DNA of 32,000 bases from contig NC_000854.2 in NCBI RefSeq assembly GCF_000011125.1, positions 1,200,001-1,232,000 of the forward strand. The letters are read 5' to 3'. The position numbers were made by a program, and so were the translations under genes. A model generated the notes under the pieces. It had not been told where the DNA came from and did not search any database. It was given only the letters and a program-made list of their open reading frames with translations. Below are positions 31,048 to 32,000 of the stretch, piece by piece. The DNA comes from Aeropyrum pernix K1. GTDB taxonomy: Archaea > Thermoproteota > Thermoprotei_A > Sulfolobales > Acidilobaceae. Numbering within the stretch: the first letter of the stretch is position 1; every line of letters starts with the position of its first letter.

Positions 31048-31395
31048 GTGCCCCGGAAACGTATGACGCTTCCCAAGAAGAAGGAGGATATAGAGAAGAT
31101 AGTTGAGGAGGTTGAGCGTGAGCATCACCATGAGCACGAGCACCATCACCACCATCACCACCATGAGGAGTCGGATCTCGAGATAGCCGTAAAAGTGCTG
31201 GAAGACTTGGTTGACAGCCTTTCGGCGCGTGCTAGAGTGTTAGAGTCTAGGCTAGACAGTCACTCCATAGCAATAGGAACGCTCTACAGGGTAGTTGCTC
31301 ATCTTGTAGAGGCTATAGCTACCGATGATGAAGAGTCTAAGCTCAACAGCATCAAGAACGCTTTACAAGAGCTGGACAGGCTTAAAAACCTATAG
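31048..31395 (+). CDS. Small histidine-rich coiled-coil protein
   Basis: 115 aa containing EREHHHEHEHHHHHHHHEES. Confidence 0.65.
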   Translation: MPRKRMTLPKKKEDIEKIVEEVEREHHHEHEHHHHHHHHEESDLEIAVKVLEDLVDSLSARARVLESRLDSHSIAIGTLYRVVAHLVEAIATDDEESKLNSIKNALQELDRLKNL

Positions 31396-31433
31396 GCTAC
31401 CCGTAGAGGCTTCAGCCTAGAGTACCTAATCCC

Positions 31434-32000
31434 CTACTCCATGAACCCTGGCTTCAGGGCCTGGCACCTCTCGTCTATAGCCTCCTCAGCCACGTAGGGA
31501 TGCTCCCCTATGACCCTGCTTAGCCCGTCAAAGTCGCAGATAATGAGTGTGAAGGCACGCCTACCCTCTATAGCCTCCTCAAGCCACCTTATAACACTCC
31601 TACACTTCTCCAGGTCCTCAGCCTCGACAACATCCTCCTTACACGCCACTTGAGCCACCTCGTGAAATCTATGGAGTATCCCCTCCACGGTCGTTATGAA
31701 ACCCACACTGGCAACTCCGGGAACCATCTCAAGGTCCATCTCGGGTATGTATACCGCTGATAGAGGCGACTTCGCTAGGAGATACCTAAGCTGCTTCTCC
31801 CCCCTTACAGCTACCACAATCTTCTTAGGCTCTGTCGCCTCGGCTAAACGCACATCCCTATACCTATAGCCGCAGTTCCTGCACTCACCCACGCTTATAA
31901 CGATATTGTTAAAGTAGGGAACGCTGTAAAGATACTCTGAGAGTTTCATTGCACGTGCTCCGCAGGCCGGGCAAACCGCGTTATCGACCTCAGCTATCCT
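31434..32000 (-). CDS. ZPR1-type zinc-finger protein, truncated at the right window edge
   Basis: The reading frame continues past the track's Met at 31949 to 32000: RIAEVDNAVCPACGARAMKLSEYLYSVPYFNNIVISVGECRNCGYRYRDVRL; CPAC...CRNC and IPEMDLEMVPG...FITTVEGIL match ZPR1. Confidence 0.85.
   Translation of the reverse strand, partial: RIAEVDNAVCPACGARAMKLSEYLYSVPYFNNIVISVGECRNCGYRYRDVRLAEATEPKKIVVAVRGEKQLRYLLAKSPLSAVYIPEMDLEMVPGVASVGFITTVEGILHRFHEVAQVACKEDVVEAEDLEKCRSVIRWLEEAIEGRRAFTLIICDFDGLSRVIGEHPYVAEEAIDERCQALKPGFME

Overview
High-GC crenarchaeal DNA, most likely Aeropyrum pernix or a very close relative (inferred from the rRNA intron architecture). Contents: (1) a truncated amino-acid ABC substrate-binding protein gene at the left edge and an ACT-domain gene; (2) a near-complete crenarchaeal archaellum operon on the minus strand, 9093 to 1618: two archaellins, a soluble coiled-coil gene in the arlX position, then arlG, arlF, arlH, arlI, arlJ; (3) a three-gene ABC exporter module, an MFS transporter and an M20 peptidase; (4) one minus-strand 16S-23S rRNA operon (~20.9 to ~14.5 kb) with three archaeal bulge-helix-bulge introns: 699 bp in 16S with a two-motif LAGLIDADG ORF, 202 bp in 23S without an ORF, and ~574 bp in 23S with a one-motif LAGLIDADG ORF; (5) a VTT/DedA-like membrane protein, a NatAB-like ABC pair, the archaeal CoA genes pantoate kinase and phosphopantothenate synthetase, hexulose-6-phosphate isomerase, two nucleotidyltransferase-fold genes, a His-rich small protein and a ZPR1-type zinc-finger gene running off the right edge. 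The most interesting sequence-level observations are: both homing-endonuclease ORFs lack an in-intron stop codon and take their stop (16S case: also 17 codons) from conserved rRNA exon sequence; a 191-bp apparently identical block shared by the two archaellin genes; tandem T7 tracts after the second archaellin gene; a 26-bp perfect palindrome near the M20 gene promoter; and two intergenic structured-RNA candidates (21289-21386 and ~22655-22836). The rRNA introns match published work on A. pernix and are not new. I found no clear, wholly undescribed multigene system.
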